A stretch of DNA of 64,000 nucleotides from Candidatus Aldehydirespirator sp. GTDB lineage: Bacteria; Actinomycetota; Acidimicrobiia; Acidimicrobiales; Aldehydirespiratoraceae. The stretch is taken from NCBI GenBank assembly GCA_965248735.1, contig OZ252146.1, positions 4,050,925 through 4,114,924 on the forward strand. The letters are read 5' to 3'. Positions 1 to 11,000 of the stretch are shown piece by piece. Both the position numbers and the translations under genes were made by a program. The first letter of the stretch is position 1; every line of letters begins with the position of its first letter. A model generated the notes under the pieces. It saw only the letters and a program-made list of their open reading frames with translations, was not told the DNA's origin and did no database searches.

Positions 1-15
1 CTAGCCTCCGGTTGG

Positions 16-696
16 ATGGGACTTGCTGATCGCGGCCTCGGCGCCCTGGCGGGCGCAGCCGTCGGGGTTGCGCTGCTGGCGGCCTGCAGCGGCGGACCCA
101 CCAACGGCGAAGCAGAGCTGACCGACCCGGCCGCGGCAGTAGCCGCTTCCGACCCCACGGGCACAACCGACGTGGTGGCGGCGCTCTCGGCTGGAGGCGG
201 GTCCGAGGAGGATCCCGGCGACGGCGACGACCCCGACCGCGACGGCAGCGGCGAGGCTGGATCCGGCGAACTGGGACCGATAGATCCGCTGGACATCCCC
301 GGTGAGATCATCAGCGAGTACAGCCTCGTCGACGGCGATTGCTTCAACCGCCTGGAGGGGCTGCAGTCCGGTCGCCGGCTGGCGATCACGGCCCGAGTCG
401 GCTGCGACCAGAACCACTGGGCCGAGGTGTACCACACCTTCGAGCTGGACGCGCCGTACCCGGCGGTCTACCCGGGCGACGACGCCGTGCGCGGTTTCGC
501 ACTGCGAGTGTGCTACGAGCAGTTCGAGGCGTTCGTGGGGGAGGCCTACGAGTTGTCGGTGTATGAGATCGGGGTGTTCACGCCCAATCGCACCAACTTC
601 GAGCACGAGGTGGCCCGCTACCGAGGTGTCCATTGCTGGCTGTACCACACCGACGACCTGCCGCTGTCGGAAACGGCTCGGGACACGGCCCGATGA
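16..696 (+). CDS. Putative secreted lipoprotein with Cys-containing septum-formation-like C-terminal domain
   Basis: ATG ORF. The N-terminus MGLADRGLGALAGAAVGVALLAAC has a signal n/h-region and lipobox LLAAC, followed by an acidic Gly/Asp linker. The C-terminal conserved-Cys pattern (DCFN..GCDQNHWAEVY..RVCYEQF..HCW) resembles actinobacterial septum-formation domain proteins. The stop overlaps the next start (ATGA at 693-696). Confidence 0.6.
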   Translation: MGLADRGLGALAGAAVGVALLAACSGGPTNGEAELTDPAAAVAASDPTGTTDVVAALSAGGGSEEDPGDGDDPDRDGSGEAGSGELGPIDPLDIPGEIISEYSLVDGDCFNRLEGLQSGRRLAITARVGCDQNHWAEVYHTFELDAPYPAVYPGDDAVRGFALRVCYEQFEAFVGEAYELSVYEIGVFTPNRTNFEHEVARYRGVHCWLYHTDDLPLSETARDTAR

Positions 697-953
697 CGGA
701 TCCCACCGATCCGGTCCTGGCCCGGCGGCACCGCCTGGCCCGCTGGTCGTCAACGGGTCGGCGAGCGGGATACGGAATGTACGGCCTGTCGCTGGCCGCC
801 TTCGCGGTGGGCTTGGCGACCGGCTTCACCACTGCGCCAGCCACGATCGCGGTCGTCGCGCTGCTGGCCGGCTCGGTGCTCCTCTTGCCGTCGATCATTG
901 TCGGCTACGGAGTCAGGGCCGCCGACCGAGCCGACCGGGACGACGACTGGTAG
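693..953 (+). CDS. Small membrane protein (two predicted TM helices)
   Basis: An internal ATG at 693 is coupled to the upstream stop. Hydrophobic stretches: GMYGLSLAAFAVGLATGF and IAVVALLAGSVLLLPSIIVGY. No recognisable family. Confidence 0.45.
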   Translation: MTDPTDPVLARRHRLARWSSTGRRAGYGMYGLSLAAFAVGLATGFTTAPATIAVVALLAGSVLLLPSIIVGYGVRAADRADRDDDW

Positions 954-978
954 CGCCGTCGTGGCCGCTGCGGGGCCG

Positions 979-1479
979 TTAGGCGGGCGACAGGTCCGGC
1001 GAGATGTCTACGGGCGGGTCGGCCAGGTCACCGGCCACGAGTGCGGGGAGGAACTCCCGCAGCCGGGCGGGCACGGTGGGTTTGCTGTTGGCCAGCAGCT
1101 CGTCGAGAGCCCACCAGCGCGCGTCGATGAAGGCCGCCGCCTCGAGCGCCTCGAGGCCGCGGGGTCGGAACTCGCCGCCGTCGCACCAAGCCACATGGAT
1201 CCGCTCGTGCGACTCGAAGCGCATGCCCGAGAAGGTGTACTCCACGTACTGGGTCCATACACACGGCCCCATCTCGACATCGGTGATGCCGGTCTCCTCG
1301 CACAGCTCCCGCCGGCATGCTGTCGCGGAGTCCTCGCCGTAGCCGACGCCGCCGCCGGGAATCTCCAGCCACTCCGGCTTGTGCGGATCGATCGGATCCT
1401 CAGAGCGGATCAGGAACACCCGCCCGGCACCGTCGAGCAGCACGCAGCGGGCCGCCGGGCGCCGGATCACAAACGACAT
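979..1479 (-). CDS. NUDIX hydrolase
   Basis: Nudix box GGGVGYGEDSATACRRELCEETGI (GX5EX7REUXEEXGU). Start placed at the internal ATG (MSFVIRRPAAR..), because the upstream part of the ORF is encoded by the MITE-like repeat. Confidence 0.85.
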   Translation of the reverse strand: MSFVIRRPAARCVLLDGAGRVFLIRSEDPIDPHKPEWLEIPGGGVGYGEDSATACRRELCEETGITDVEMGPCVWTQYVEYTFSGMRFESHERIHVAWCDGGEFRPRGLEALEAAAFIDARWWALDELLANSKPTVPARLREFLPALVAGDLADPPVDISPDLSPA

Positions 1480-1483
1480 AGGC

Positions 1484-1630
1484 AGCCCCGCGGATAGGTG
1501 CCAGCGCCTCGCGGTGAAGCGTGTTGCCTCCCGCTCTTGTTCGCTGCGCTCACGGGCCGCTCGGGCCACGGCCTCGCTCGGCGCCTCTCGAATATTCTCA
1601 TGGGCTGCCGCCTATCCGCTCGGCCTCTAG
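1484..1630 (-). repeat. MITE-like ~145-nt element, copy A
   Basis: Contains the 48-nt core GAGGCCGTGGCCCGAGCGGCCCGTGAGCGCAGCGAACAAGAGCGGGA(A/G), read on the minus strand. Imperfect terminal inverted repeats AGAGGCCGAGCGGATAGG / CCTATCCGCGGGG. Nearly identical to 37124-37270. Confidence 0.8.
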
Positions 1631-1665
1631 GCAGCCGACGCTACCGGCGCCCCGACACTGAGGGC

Positions 1666-2001
1666 TCAGACCGGGGCGGGACGGTGCCTGACCGCGGAGA
1701 AGACCTCGATGGTGAGCGGCGTGTCACTGCGGGGCTCGCCGTCGACTGAGGCGACACCGTCGGCGATGAGACTGAACCCGTCGGCAGCAGGGGCCCACAG
1801 CACCACCACATCAGGCCGAGCGACGGCGTTGGCAGCCGCGCCGCGGCCCACTGCGGCTCGTATCACGCCCCGGTCGTCGATGTCCACCTTCACATGGATG
1901 ACCCGGGTTCGCCCGTCGTCCCCGACCGTCAGCACGAAGGCGGTCGGCCCGTGCTCAGCCGCAACCGAGGCCAGATCCTGAGGCTCGACCGTCATGCTCA
2001 T
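1666..2001 (-). CDS. Small pyridoxamine-5'-phosphate-oxidase-like (split-barrel) family protein, tentative
   Basis: 111-aa ORF from ATG 2001 (MSMTVEPQDLASVAAEHGPTAFVLTVGDDGRTRVIHV..NAVARPDVVVLW). The pattern resembles PPOX/F420-binding split-barrel proteins. The upstream part of the 230-aa track ORF is Arg/Pro-rich junk. Confidence 0.4.
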   Translation of the reverse strand: MSMTVEPQDLASVAAEHGPTAFVLTVGDDGRTRVIHVKVDIDDRGVIRAAVGRGAAANAVARPDVVVLWAPAADGFSLIADGVASVDGEPRSDTPLTIEVFSAVRHRPAPV

Positions 2002-2036
2002 CGCCCCGACGCTACCCGCCCCAGCAGCAGGCGGCC

Positions 2037-3242
2037 CTAGCCGGGGCGCAACGCGGCCATAAGGTCGCCCCGGGCGCCGTAGCGCACATCGGTGACACCG
2101 ACGAAGAGGGCTAGCTCGCAAAGATGCGGCCTGAGACGCTCCGCCACCGCGTCCCGGTCCACGCCGGGCTCGGCGAACGCGCCCAGCACTCTGAGCACGC
2201 CTGCGGCACGGTCGGTCTTGAGGTCCAGGCGACCCACGAGCCTCTCGCCCGACAGCACCGGCAGCACGTAGTAGCCGTACACGCGCTCGGAGGCGGGTAC
2301 GTAGATCTCGATCCGGTACTCGAAGTCCCACAGACGCGAGGCCCGGGCCCGGTTCCAAACGACGGGGTCGAAGGGCGACAGCGCCGTGGTCACGTCCACC
2401 GACCGGGGCAGGCGGACCTGCGGATGCACGTAGGCGGGCTCGCGCCAGCCATCCACCGTCACGGCCTCGATCGCGCCCGTCTCGACCACCTCACCCAGCC
2501 GGACCCGCCCCTCGCGAACCGGGAGGCGGTAGTAGTCGATGAGATCCCCCGCGGTGCCCACGCCCAGCGCCCGGGCCGATCGCACCAGCAGCGTCCGCTG
2601 TGCGTCCTCGACCGTCGGGGTGGGCCGGGCCAGCACCTCCGCCGGAACTATGCGCTCCAGCAGGTCGAACTCCTTGACGAAATTGCCTCGGCGCCGGATG
2701 CCCACCGCCCCGATGCGGAACAGCCAGTCCAGGGCGATCGACCCCAGCGACCTGCTGCCCCACCACTCACCGGATCGACGCCGGGGATCGGCCAGCTCGC
2801 CCGCGGCCAGGGGACGCTCGGCCACCTGGGCCAGCACGTCGGCCACATACGCCCGCTCCCGTCGGGCCAGCTCCACCAGTCCCCGCCAGGTGTGGCCCTG
2901 CTCGGCCCGCTGCTTCTGCCAGCGCAGCAGCGGCTCGTCGGTCACCGGCACCAGCGAGGCCTCGTGGGCCCATGCCTCAAACCACTCGTCGTCGGCGTAC
3001 GCGATCCGGTCCAGCAGCGCCCGGTCGTAGCGGCCCAGGCGGGAGAACGGCGGCAGGTACTGGGTGCGTACCACCACCGGCACCGAGTCGAGCTGCAGCA
3101 GCCTGAGCCGGCCCATCACTCGCCGCAGATGGCGGCGGTCCACCCGGCCCGCGGGCGAAGGATCAGCGAATCCCTGCGCTGCGAGCGCGATCCGACGGGC
3201 CTGCGCGATCGACAGCTCGCGCTCAGGCTGCGCGGGGCTCAC
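2037..3242 (-). CDS. Winged-helix DNA glycosylase, YcaQ/AlkZ family
   Basis: Family-typical segments: [80 protein letters not shown] start at 3242 overlaps the leuS stop (GTGA). Confidence 0.7.
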   Translation of the reverse strand: MSPAQPERELSIAQARRIALAAQGFADPSPAGRVDRRHLRRVMGRLRLLQLDSVPVVVRTQYLPPFSRLGRYDRALLDRIAYADDEWFEAWAHEASLVPVTDEPLLRWQKQRAEQGHTWRGLVELARRERAYVADVLAQVAERPLAAGELADPRRRSGEWWGSRSLGSIALDWLFRIGAVGIRRRGNFVKEFDLLERIVPAEVLARPTPTVEDAQRTLLVRSARALGVGTAGDLIDYYRLPVREGRVRLGEVVETGAIEAVTVDGWREPAYVHPQVRLPRSVDVTTALSPFDPVVWNRARASRLWDFEYRIEIYVPASERVYGYYVLPVLSGERLVGRLDLKTDRAAGVLRVLGAFAEPGVDRDAVAERLRPHLCELALFVGVTDVRYGARGDLMAALRPG

Positions 3243-6127
3243 ACCACGAGGGTGACCATGCGGCCGGGCACGTAGAGCTTCTTGCGCAGCTGTTGGCCGC
3301 CCACGTGGGCAGCCACGTTCGGCTCGGCCAGCGCGGCGGCCACCGCGGTCTCCTCGTCGGCGTCCACCGCCAGCGTCACCCGGCCCCGCAGCTTGCCGTT
3401 CACCTGGACGGGCACCTCCACGGTATCGGACACCAGCAGTGCCGTATCGGCGGCGGGGAACTCGGTCTGCATCACCGAGCCGGCGTCGGCGCCGTGCACA
3501 CGCAGCCACATCTCCTCCGCGAAGTGCGGCACCAGCGGCGCCAGCATCCGCGCCAGCGTGTCGGCCACCTCCGAGGGCGCGCCCGTGCCCCGCCGGGTGA
3601 GCTCGTTGTTGAGCTCGGTCAGCTTGGCGATGGCGGTGTTGAACCGCAGACCCTCCATGTCGGAGCGCACCCCGTCGATGGTGCGGTGCAGCAACCGGCG
3701 CAGATCATCGTCAGCCGGTTCGTCGCTGATCCGCAGCTCGCCGGTCTCCTCGTCGACCACGTTGCGCCACACCCGCTGCAGCACCCGCTGCAAGCCCACC
3801 ACCGAGCGGGTCTCCCAAGGCCGTCCCTGGTCGATGGGACCCATGAACATCTCATAAAGCCGCAGGGTGTCGGCCCCGTAGGAGGCGTACATGTCGTCTG
3901 GGGTCACCGAGTTCTTGAGTGACTTGCCCATCTTCGCGAGTTCTCGGGTCACCGGCCGCCCCTGGTGGGTGAAACCCTCACGCAGCGAGCCCTCAACCTC
4001 ATCCGCGGGCACGTACACGCCTCTGGAGTCCTCGAAGGCGTAGGCCTGGATATAGCCCTGGTTGATGAGCCGCTTGAACGGCTCGGGCCCGCTCGCATGG
4101 CCGAGGTCGTAGAGCACCTTGTGCCAGAACCGGGCGTAGAGCAGGTGCAGCACGGCGTGCTCGACGCCGCCGACATACAGATCCACGCCGCCCACGCCGC
4201 CGGGGTCCGGATCGGCCATCCAGTACCGCTCGACGTCGGGGTCGACGAGAGCCTCGTCGTTGCGGGGATCGAGGTAGCGCAGGTAGTACCAGCACGAGCC
4301 GGCCCACTGGGGCATGGTGTTCAGCTCCCGGCGGTAGCGGCGCGGCCCGTCGCCGAGGTCGAGCTCGACGTTGACCCACTCCGATACCCGGCCCAAAGGC
4401 GGCTCCGGCTCGGAGTCCCGGGCCAGCGCCCTCGGCGCCCAGTCCGTCAGTTCGGGCAGTTCCAGGGGAAGGTGCTCTTCGGACAGCGCCACCGGGCCGA
4501 AGTCGTCGTGCACGATCGGGATCGGCTCGCCCCAATAGCGCTGGCGGCTGAACAGCCAGTCCCGCATCCTGTAGTTGACGGTGGGACGGCCGAGGCCCTC
4601 CTCCTGAAGGCGCTCAAGGATCAGTGCCTTCGATGCCTCCACGTCGAGGCCGTCGAGGAATTCGGAGTTGATCGACGGCCCGTCGCCCGTGTACGCCAGA
4701 TCAGCCGGGTGGTCCGCCGGGGGCTGCACCGTGCGGACTACGTCCAGCCCGAACGTCTCCGCGAACTCGCGGTCGCGCTGGTCCTCGCCGGGCACGCCCA
4801 TCACCGCGCCGGTGCCATAGCCCATGAGCACGTAGTCGGCGATGAACAGCGGCACCGGCTTCCACGTGAACGGCACGAGGGCGTGGGTGCCCAGGAACAC
4901 GCCGGTCTTCGAGTCGCCGCGGTCCGCGTCGCTCATCTCCGCGGACCGGGCCCGGTAGGCGGCCACCGCCTCCGCGGGTGTGGCCGCGCCCGAGGTCCAG
5001 CTCGCGGGAGTGCCGACGGGCCACTCCGGCGCGATCATCTCGTCCACGAGCGGATGCTCGGGGGCGAGCACCATGTAGGTGGTGCCGAACAGCGTGTCGG
5101 GCCGGGTGGTGAACACTTCGATGAGGAAGGTGAACCCGTCTCGGGCGAAGGGAAAGCAGACCCGGGCACCCTCGGAGCGGCCGATCCAGTTGCGCTGCAT
5201 GGTCTTGACCGACTCGGGCCAGTCCAAGCGGTCCAGGTCCTCCAGCAGGCGGTCGGCGTAGGCCGTGATGCGCATCATCCACTGCTTGAGCGGGCGCTTG
5301 AACACCTCGTGGTTGCCCCGCTCGGAGCGGCCCTGGGCGGTGACCTCCTCGTTGGCCAGCACCGTGCCCAGGGCCGGGCACCAGTTGACCGGGGCGTCGG
5401 CCACGTAGGCCAGGCGATGACCGTCGACCACGGCTCGCTGCTCGAACTCGCTCAGTTCGTCCCATGGCCGGCCGTCCGGGGACGGCCTTGCGCCGGACGA
5501 GAACTCGTCGATCAGCTCGGAGATGGGGCGGGCCCGTCCCGTCTCGGGATCGCACCAGGAGTTGAAGATCTGCAAGAAGATCCACTGGGTCCAGCGGTAG
5601 TAGTCGATGTCGGTGGTGGCGATGCTGCGCCGCTTGTCGTGGCCCAGCCCGAGCCGGTCGAGCTGGCGGCGCATGTTGGCGATGTTGGCCTCGGTGTTGA
5701 TGCGGGGGTGCTGGCCGGTCTGGCGGGCGTGCTCCTCGGCCGGCAGCCCGAAGGCGTCGAAGCCCATCGTGTACAGCACGTTGAAGCCGCACATCCGCTT
5801 GAAGCGGACGTACACGTCGGTGGCGATGTAGCCCAGCGGATGCCCCACGTGCAGCCCCGATCCCGACGGGTACGGGAACATGTCCATGATGAAGAGCTTG
5901 GGGCCGGCCGGGCCGCGGCCGGACGAGAGCCCCCCTGACGGGTTCGGCGTCTCGTAGATGCCGCTGTCGTCCCAGTGAGCCTGCCAGCGGGCCTCGATCT
6001 CAGCCGCGAGCGCCGCGTTGTAGCGGTGCGGGGGCGTGTCGGCCCCAGGGGCGGCGGGCATGACGCCCAAGGCTACGCGGCCCCCGGCCGGCCGCGTATC
6101 CGCTATCCGACGGCTCGTCAGAGCCAT
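3239..6127 (-). CDS. leuS: Leucine--tRNA ligase
   Basis: Class I aaRS HIGH region [16 protein letters not shown] and KMSKS region KMGKSLKN, with full-length LeuS-like architecture. Start ambiguous: ATG 6127 has GGAG 7 nt upstream; alternatives are 6145 and 6061. Confidence 0.95.
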   Translation of the reverse strand: MALTSRRIADTRPAGGRVALGVMPAAPGADTPPHRYNAALAAEIEARWQAHWDDSGIYETPNPSGGLSSGRGPAGPKLFIMDMFPYPSGSGLHVGHPLGYIATDVYVRFKRMCGFNVLYTMGFDAFGLPAEEHARQTGQHPRINTEANIANMRRQLDRLGLGHDKRRSIATTDIDYYRWTQWIFLQIFNSWCDPETGRARPISELIDEFSSGARPSPDGRPWDELSEFEQRAVVDGHRLAYVADAPVNWCPALGTVLANEEVTAQGRSERGNHEVFKRPLKQWMMRITAYADRLLEDLDRLDWPESVKTMQRNWIGRSEGARVCFPFARDGFTFLIEVFTTRPDTLFGTTYMVLAPEHPLVDEMIAPEWPVGTPASWTSGAATPAEAVAAYRARSAEMSDADRGDSKTGVFLGTHALVPFTWKPVPLFIADYVLMGYGTGAVMGVPGEDQRDREFAETFGLDVVRTVQPPADHPADLAYTGDGPSINSEFLDGLDVEASKALILERLQEEGLGRPTVNYRMRDWLFSRQRYWGEPIPIVHDDFGPVALSEEHLPLELPELTDWAPRALARDSEPEPPLGRVSEWVNVELDLGDGPRRYRRELNTMPQWAGSCWYYLRYLDPRNDEALVDPDVERYWMADPDPGGVGGVDLYVGGVEHAVLHLLYARFWHKVLYDLGHASGPEPFKRLINQGYIQAYAFEDSRGVYVPADEVEGSLREGFTHQGRPVTRELAKMGKSLKNSVTPDDMYASYGADTLRLYEMFMGPIDQGRPWETRSVVGLQRVLQRVWRNVVDEETGELRISDEPADDDLRRLLHRTIDGVRSDMEGLRFNTAIAKLTELNNELTRRGTGAPSEVADTLARMLAPLVPHFAEEMWLRVHGADAGSVMQTEFPAADTALLVSDTVEVPVQVNGKLRGRVTLAVDADEETAVAAALAEPNVAAHVGGQQLRKKLYVPGRMVTLVV

Positions 6128-6168
6128 GGCGATGCTCCAGCTCAACCACCGGGGGGTACCGTCTTGCG

Positions 6169-8076
6169 ATGACCGGCTTCGCTCTGACCTGCCTCTGGGC
6201 GTGTGCGGCCGGGGCGGTAGCGACGGCGGCCGGTGCGAGATCGCGGCGCTTCGCTCGGGCCGCTTCGGCGGTGATGGCCGCGGGTGCAGCCATCCCCACG
6301 GTCATACTGGCCAGAGCGCTTTGGTCCCTCGACTTGTCGCTCACATACGTGGCCGACCATGCCCGGGCCGGCACATCGGGGCTCTACCGGCTGTCGGGCC
6401 TCTGGGGCGGGGCCAGCGGATCCCTGTTGCTGTTCACGAGCATGGTCGCCGCGGCTGTGGCCGCTCTGGTCTGGACCCAGCCGCGCCCCGCGGCCCGGAG
6501 TGCCGGGCGGTGGGGATCCCTGAGCGTCGCGGTGCTGGCCGGCGCGGTTCTGGCCACAGCCAACCCGTTCCGCCATCTGGCCATCCCGGCGATCGAGGGC
6601 GCCGGGCTGCAGCCGATCCTCGAGCACCCGGCGATGCTGTACCACCCGCCCTTGCTGTATCTGGGCCAAGTGTCCACGATCGTGCCGTTCCTCGTGGCGG
6701 TGGCCTCCCCGCTCAACCCCGGGACACGGCGGGCGCTGCGCGGCTGGCTCGGCGTCAGCCTGGCCCTGTTGACGGTCGGGCTCGCGACCGGATCCAACTG
6801 GGCGTATGTCGAGCTGGGCTGGGGCGGGTTCTGGGGCTGGGATCCGGTCGAGAACGGGATCCTCGTCGCCTGGCTGCTGGTTCTGGCCGCGATGCACGCG
6901 GTCGGCCAACCCCGACACGGACGCACCGTTCGGATGCTGTGCACACTGCCGTGGGCGACAGTCCTGGTGGCTGCCGCGGTCACCCGCGGCGGTGTCGGCG
7001 GCTCAGTCCATGCCTTCGCGGACGACGCGCGGGTCTCGTGGATCCTGCTGGGCCTGATCGTGGCCACCGCGGTCGTGGCGGTGCTCGCCGCCGCAGGCTT
7101 CCGGCACCAGCGGCCTCGGCCGGCGCAAGCCCGAGTTGGCGAGGCAGGCCGGGGCGCTCTCTGGCGGCAGCCTCCGCTGGTGCTGGGGCGCATCGCGGCT
7201 GGCGTACTGGCCGCAGCTGCGGCCGTGCTCGTCCTGGCCGGAGTGCTCTATCCGATACCCGCACCGGGCGAGCCGCTCGTGACGGGCCCGTACTACGCCA
7301 CGCTTCTCGGCCCCCTGGCGATCGTGGCACTGGGCGCCGCGGCCACCGTCGTGGGCGGCCGGGCGACTGTCTGGTCGGCCGCGGGCGCGCTCGCCGGCGT
7401 GATCGCGGCTGCGGCCGCGGGGGCGCGGTCCCCCTTCGCCCTGTGCGTCGCAGCCGGTGTCGGCGCCATCGTCGTGAATCTCCTCGACGGACTGCGGTCG
7501 CGAACGCGCGGGCGCTGGCCGATGCGGGTGGGCCACCTCGGATTCGCGGTCCTGCTGATCGGCGTCGCGGGCTCAACCCAGGCAGACCGGGTGACGGTCG
7601 GACTGGACGTCGGCGAGGAGATCGAGGTTGGGGGACGGTCCTTCCGCCATGTCGGCGTTGAAGTAACCGGGGGACCGACCCCGGGATCGAACGCGGTGGT
7701 CGCCACGGTGGAGGTACGCGACGGTGACGACAGGGTGGCCACGCTCCACCCTTCGCTGGTGGCGTTCCCGGATCGCAGCGTGCTGCTCGCGGAGACCGCC
7801 CTGCACTCCCGTCCCGCCCGCGACATCCAGGTGGTGCTGCGGACGGCGGCCGACTCCGGGGCCGCGCTCTACCTCGTGTCGGTCGCTCCGCTCGTCATGT
7901 GGGTGTGGTGGGGGTCGGTGCTCCTGGCCGGCGCCGGGCTAATGGTCGCATTCCACGCCGCCATGAGCCGTGCGCGGCAGGCAGGCACGGCCTCCAGACC
8001 CCGGGATGTGGCCGCATACGGAGCGCTTGGCGACGCAGATGGAGGCGGGATCGACACCGCCGCTGAGCCCGATTGA
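6169..8076 (+). CDS. CcmF/NrfE-type cytochrome c heme lyase-like membrane protein
   Basis: Trp-rich heme-handling WWD motif [20 protein letters not shown] followed by LAAMH. Upstream periplasmic His motif YHPPLLYLG. Many TM segments; 635 aa. Confidence 0.75.
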   Translation: MTGFALTCLWACAAGAVATAAGARSRRFARAASAVMAAGAAIPTVILARALWSLDLSLTYVADHARAGTSGLYRLSGLWGGASGSLLLFTSMVAAAVAALVWTQPRPAARSAGRWGSLSVAVLAGAVLATANPFRHLAIPAIEGAGLQPILEHPAMLYHPPLLYLGQVSTIVPFLVAVASPLNPGTRRALRGWLGVSLALLTVGLATGSNWAYVELGWGGFWGWDPVENGILVAWLLVLAAMHAVGQPRHGRTVRMLCTLPWATVLVAAAVTRGGVGGSVHAFADDARVSWILLGLIVATAVVAVLAAAGFRHQRPRPAQARVGEAGRGALWRQPPLVLGRIAAGVLAAAAAVLVLAGVLYPIPAPGEPLVTGPYYATLLGPLAIVALGAAATVVGGRATVWSAAGALAGVIAAAAAGARSPFALCVAAGVGAIVVNLLDGLRSRTRGRWPMRVGHLGFAVLLIGVAGSTQADRVTVGLDVGEEIEVGGRSFRHVGVEVTGGPTPGSNAVVATVEVRDGDDRVATLHPSLVAFPDRSVLLAETALHSRPARDIQVVLRTAADSGAALYLVSVAPLVMWVWWGSVLLAGAGLMVAFHAAMSRARQAGTASRPRDVAAYGALGDADGGGIDTAAEPD

Positions 8077-8098
8077 CACGCTTCCCGCTCTTAGCGGG

Positions 8099-11000
8099 TC
8101 ACTCCTGGTCGCGCCTGCGCCTGTCTCGGGTCCGCTCCAGGAGGGCCGAGACCGTGCTGGATCGGGTCGACTCGGCGTCCTCGGCCAGCTCTTCGAGAAG
8201 CCGCGAGTCCTCTTCGGCCACCGAGTTCGTCCGGTCTGGAGCCTCCGCGTCGGCCGGGTCCGCGCCGGGCCGGTCCGGCCGCTGCACCCTGGATCGCCGC
8301 CGGCCTGGCACAGCCTCGCTTGAGGGCGCCAGAGTGAGGCGGCTGATGATGATCGCCACCACGAACAGCAGCGCGGCGGCCAGCACCAGCCAGTGGCCGA
8401 GTGCCACCCGGGAGCGGCCCGCCGGCAATCCGGCGGTCTCGAAGGCCATCGGGGGCTCGATGCCCGCTCGCCCCGAACCGGCTTCGGCCACTCGGGCCAG
8501 CAGAGACCCGTCGGGAGCACCGGGCTCGTATTCGCGCCCGTAGGACTGGCTGGCCAGCGCGGTGCCACCGGTGGTGGATCCATCGGCGGCAACCACCGTC
8601 GTCCCCACCACGTAGACCCCGGCCTCGTCCACGCCCAGCTCGCCCACGAAGGTGTCGGGACCGACCCGGCTCAGCGCGACCTCCCGGCTGGCCAGGGCGG
8701 GGTCGGTGATCCGTGCCGCCGCGGCCGCGTCGTCGCCGAAGCCGCCGTCGGTCTCCACTCGGATGCGCAGCACGCCGTCGTCAATGGCGGCTGTGGTGCC
8801 GTCGGAGAGCGACGGGAAGGTGTCGCGCACGACTCGGGACCAGAAGCCGACGTAGCCGTCCCAGTCCGTCCACAGCTGCGACCAGCGCTCCGACGCGTCG
8901 CTCGTCCACGATGTCGCCGTGCCCAGTCCCACCTGCCATCGGGCGAGCAGCGGATCCCCGTCAGGCCCGATCTCCAGCAGGGTGAGCGCACGCGGCCTCG
9001 CGGTCGTGGCCACATACCCCAGCAGCGGCGGGGATTCCACGAGGCCGGCGACCACCGGCCGCGATGACGTGATCGTGGGGAGGAACTCGCCTTCGTTGAC
9101 GAAGTCGCGGGAGGCCAAGACGGCCTCGTCCATGATTATCTCCGGGACCTGCTGGAGATCCCGGCCCGGGTAGAAGCGGCCCCGGCCGGCCTCGGCCACG
9201 GCTTCGAGACCCCCGGACGCGCCCTCGCCGGTGGCCACGACCGACACGGTGATACCCTCGGCGGCCAGCGCCGACGCGTCGTCGGCCAGGTCCGCCAGCA
9301 GCCCCGGAGAGGTGAACCCGTCGGTGAACAAGATGACGTGTTTGAGGGCGGCGTTGCTCTCGCGCAGCGCGCTGGCCGCAGCGTCCAGCGAGCCTGAGGG
9401 GTTCGTGCCGCCGTCCGGGCTGAGCGCGGCGAGGCCCTGGTTGACAACCTCCTGGGCGGGCAGCTTCTGAAGGTCGAGCACCCATCGCTCCTCGACGTCG
9501 AACGCGAGCACGCCGATTTCGTCGTTCTCGCCCAGCGCGGCGATGGTGCGGGCGGCCGCGGCCCGGGAGATGTCGGTCTTGTTCACGCCGCCGTCGAGCC
9601 GATTGCTGGCGAACTGCCCCTCCGAGCAGTGGCAGGCGCCCATCGATCCACTGGTGTCGATGGCCAGGACTTCGGCCACGGTCTGGCGCCGCTTGGGATC
9701 CAGGATCTCGCTGACAACGGGCAGCAGGCGCTCCAGCTCGCTCGTGTAGTAGCCGCCGAGTCCGTAGGCCCGGTTCCCGCCGATGGTCACCAGTCCCCGG
9801 CCGCCGTCGCGCACCGCGCCGCTCAAGGCTCCGACCTGGCGTGTTGACAACTGGCGCTCGCTCACGTCCACCAGCAGGACGGACGAGTAGGAGAGCAGCT
9901 CGTCCAATTCTGGGATCTCGACCACCGACACGGTGTCGACCTCCAAGCCGCCGGCCTCCAGAGCGGCGCCGAGCTCGGCTCCTTCTCCGGCCGCGCCCTC
10001 CACCATCAGCACCTGCGGATGCCCTCCGACGTCGACCGCGGCGAAGGCGGTGTTGTTCTGCGTGACGCCGTCGCGGCGGCTCTCGACGTCCACCTGGTAG
10101 CGACGCAGCCCGCTGCCGGCAGCGGGATCGGTGAATGTCACGCTCTGGGCACCGGCCACCACGTCCACGCGCTGAGCGGCCACGACCTCGCCATCTACGC
10201 GCAGTGTGACGACGGCCGGGCCGGCCAGAGTGGATTGGAGCTTCACGTCGATGGGGACCAGCTCGGTGGCCGACACCCGGCTCGGAGTGCGCACTGCGCC
10301 GATGGCGATGTCCGCGGCTCCGGGAGTGTCGACCAGCACCGTGTCCACCGCAATGCCTTCGTCCCTCAGCCGGGCCGCCTCCCGCACGGCGTCGCCGGCG
10401 GTGGCGCGGCCGTCGCTGACCAGCACCACGCGCCGCCGGGCGTCCGCAGGCAGGATGGCGCCGGCGAGCCGCAGCGCAGCCGCCAGGTCCGATCGCGAGG
10501 GATCGATCCTGACCGACGGCTGGGCCAGAGACGCCTGCTGCTGGAGCAGCAGCTCGATGCGGGCGTCACCGCCGAACATGACGACACCGGCCCGCGAGCC
10601 GCCGGGTTGGGCGGCCAGCGCGTCCCGCACGAACTCGATCGCCTCGCTGCGTCCCCGGGTGCCGAGCGAGTCCGATGCGTCCACGACGAAGACGGTGGCG
10701 ACGTCGCCCGCGTCACGGTCGAATCCGATGTCGAGGAGCGCTCCGAGCAGCGCGAGCACGACGAGGATCCGGACCACTGCGGCCAGCCTCCACTGGCGCG
10801 GGCCAACTCCGACCCGCCGGCGGGCGAGCAGGAACTCGGCCGCGACCGCCACGAGGGCCGCACCGAGCACCCACGGCCACAGCGAGGAGGTGCTGCTGGG
10901 TGGGGACTCGCCGGGTCGCAGGGGCCGGCGCTCGGTCGGGAGGCTCGGCACCGGCGTGAGGGTCGACTCCGCAGCCGCGGGGTTCACAGCCACGAACAGT

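Noticed and set aside
1-753. 250-aa minus-strand ORF at the left window edge
   Set aside because: It is antisense to the lipoprotein and small membrane protein genes, has low-complexity Gly/Arg/Ala composition and no motif. It is a shadow ORF.
3965-5938. Long antisense and alternative-frame ORFs. Examples:
- 657 aa on the plus strand inside leuS
- 12870-14750 (plus)
- 6036-7661 (plus)
- 10019-11599 (plus)
- 25676-26917 (minus)
- 34712-36325 (plus)
- 44577-46178 (plus)
- 58948-60207 (plus)
   Set aside because: These are typical GC-rich shadow ORFs. They are Arg/Pro/Gly/Ala-dominated with no motifs, and each fully overlaps a gene with strong family signatures on the other strand or frame.
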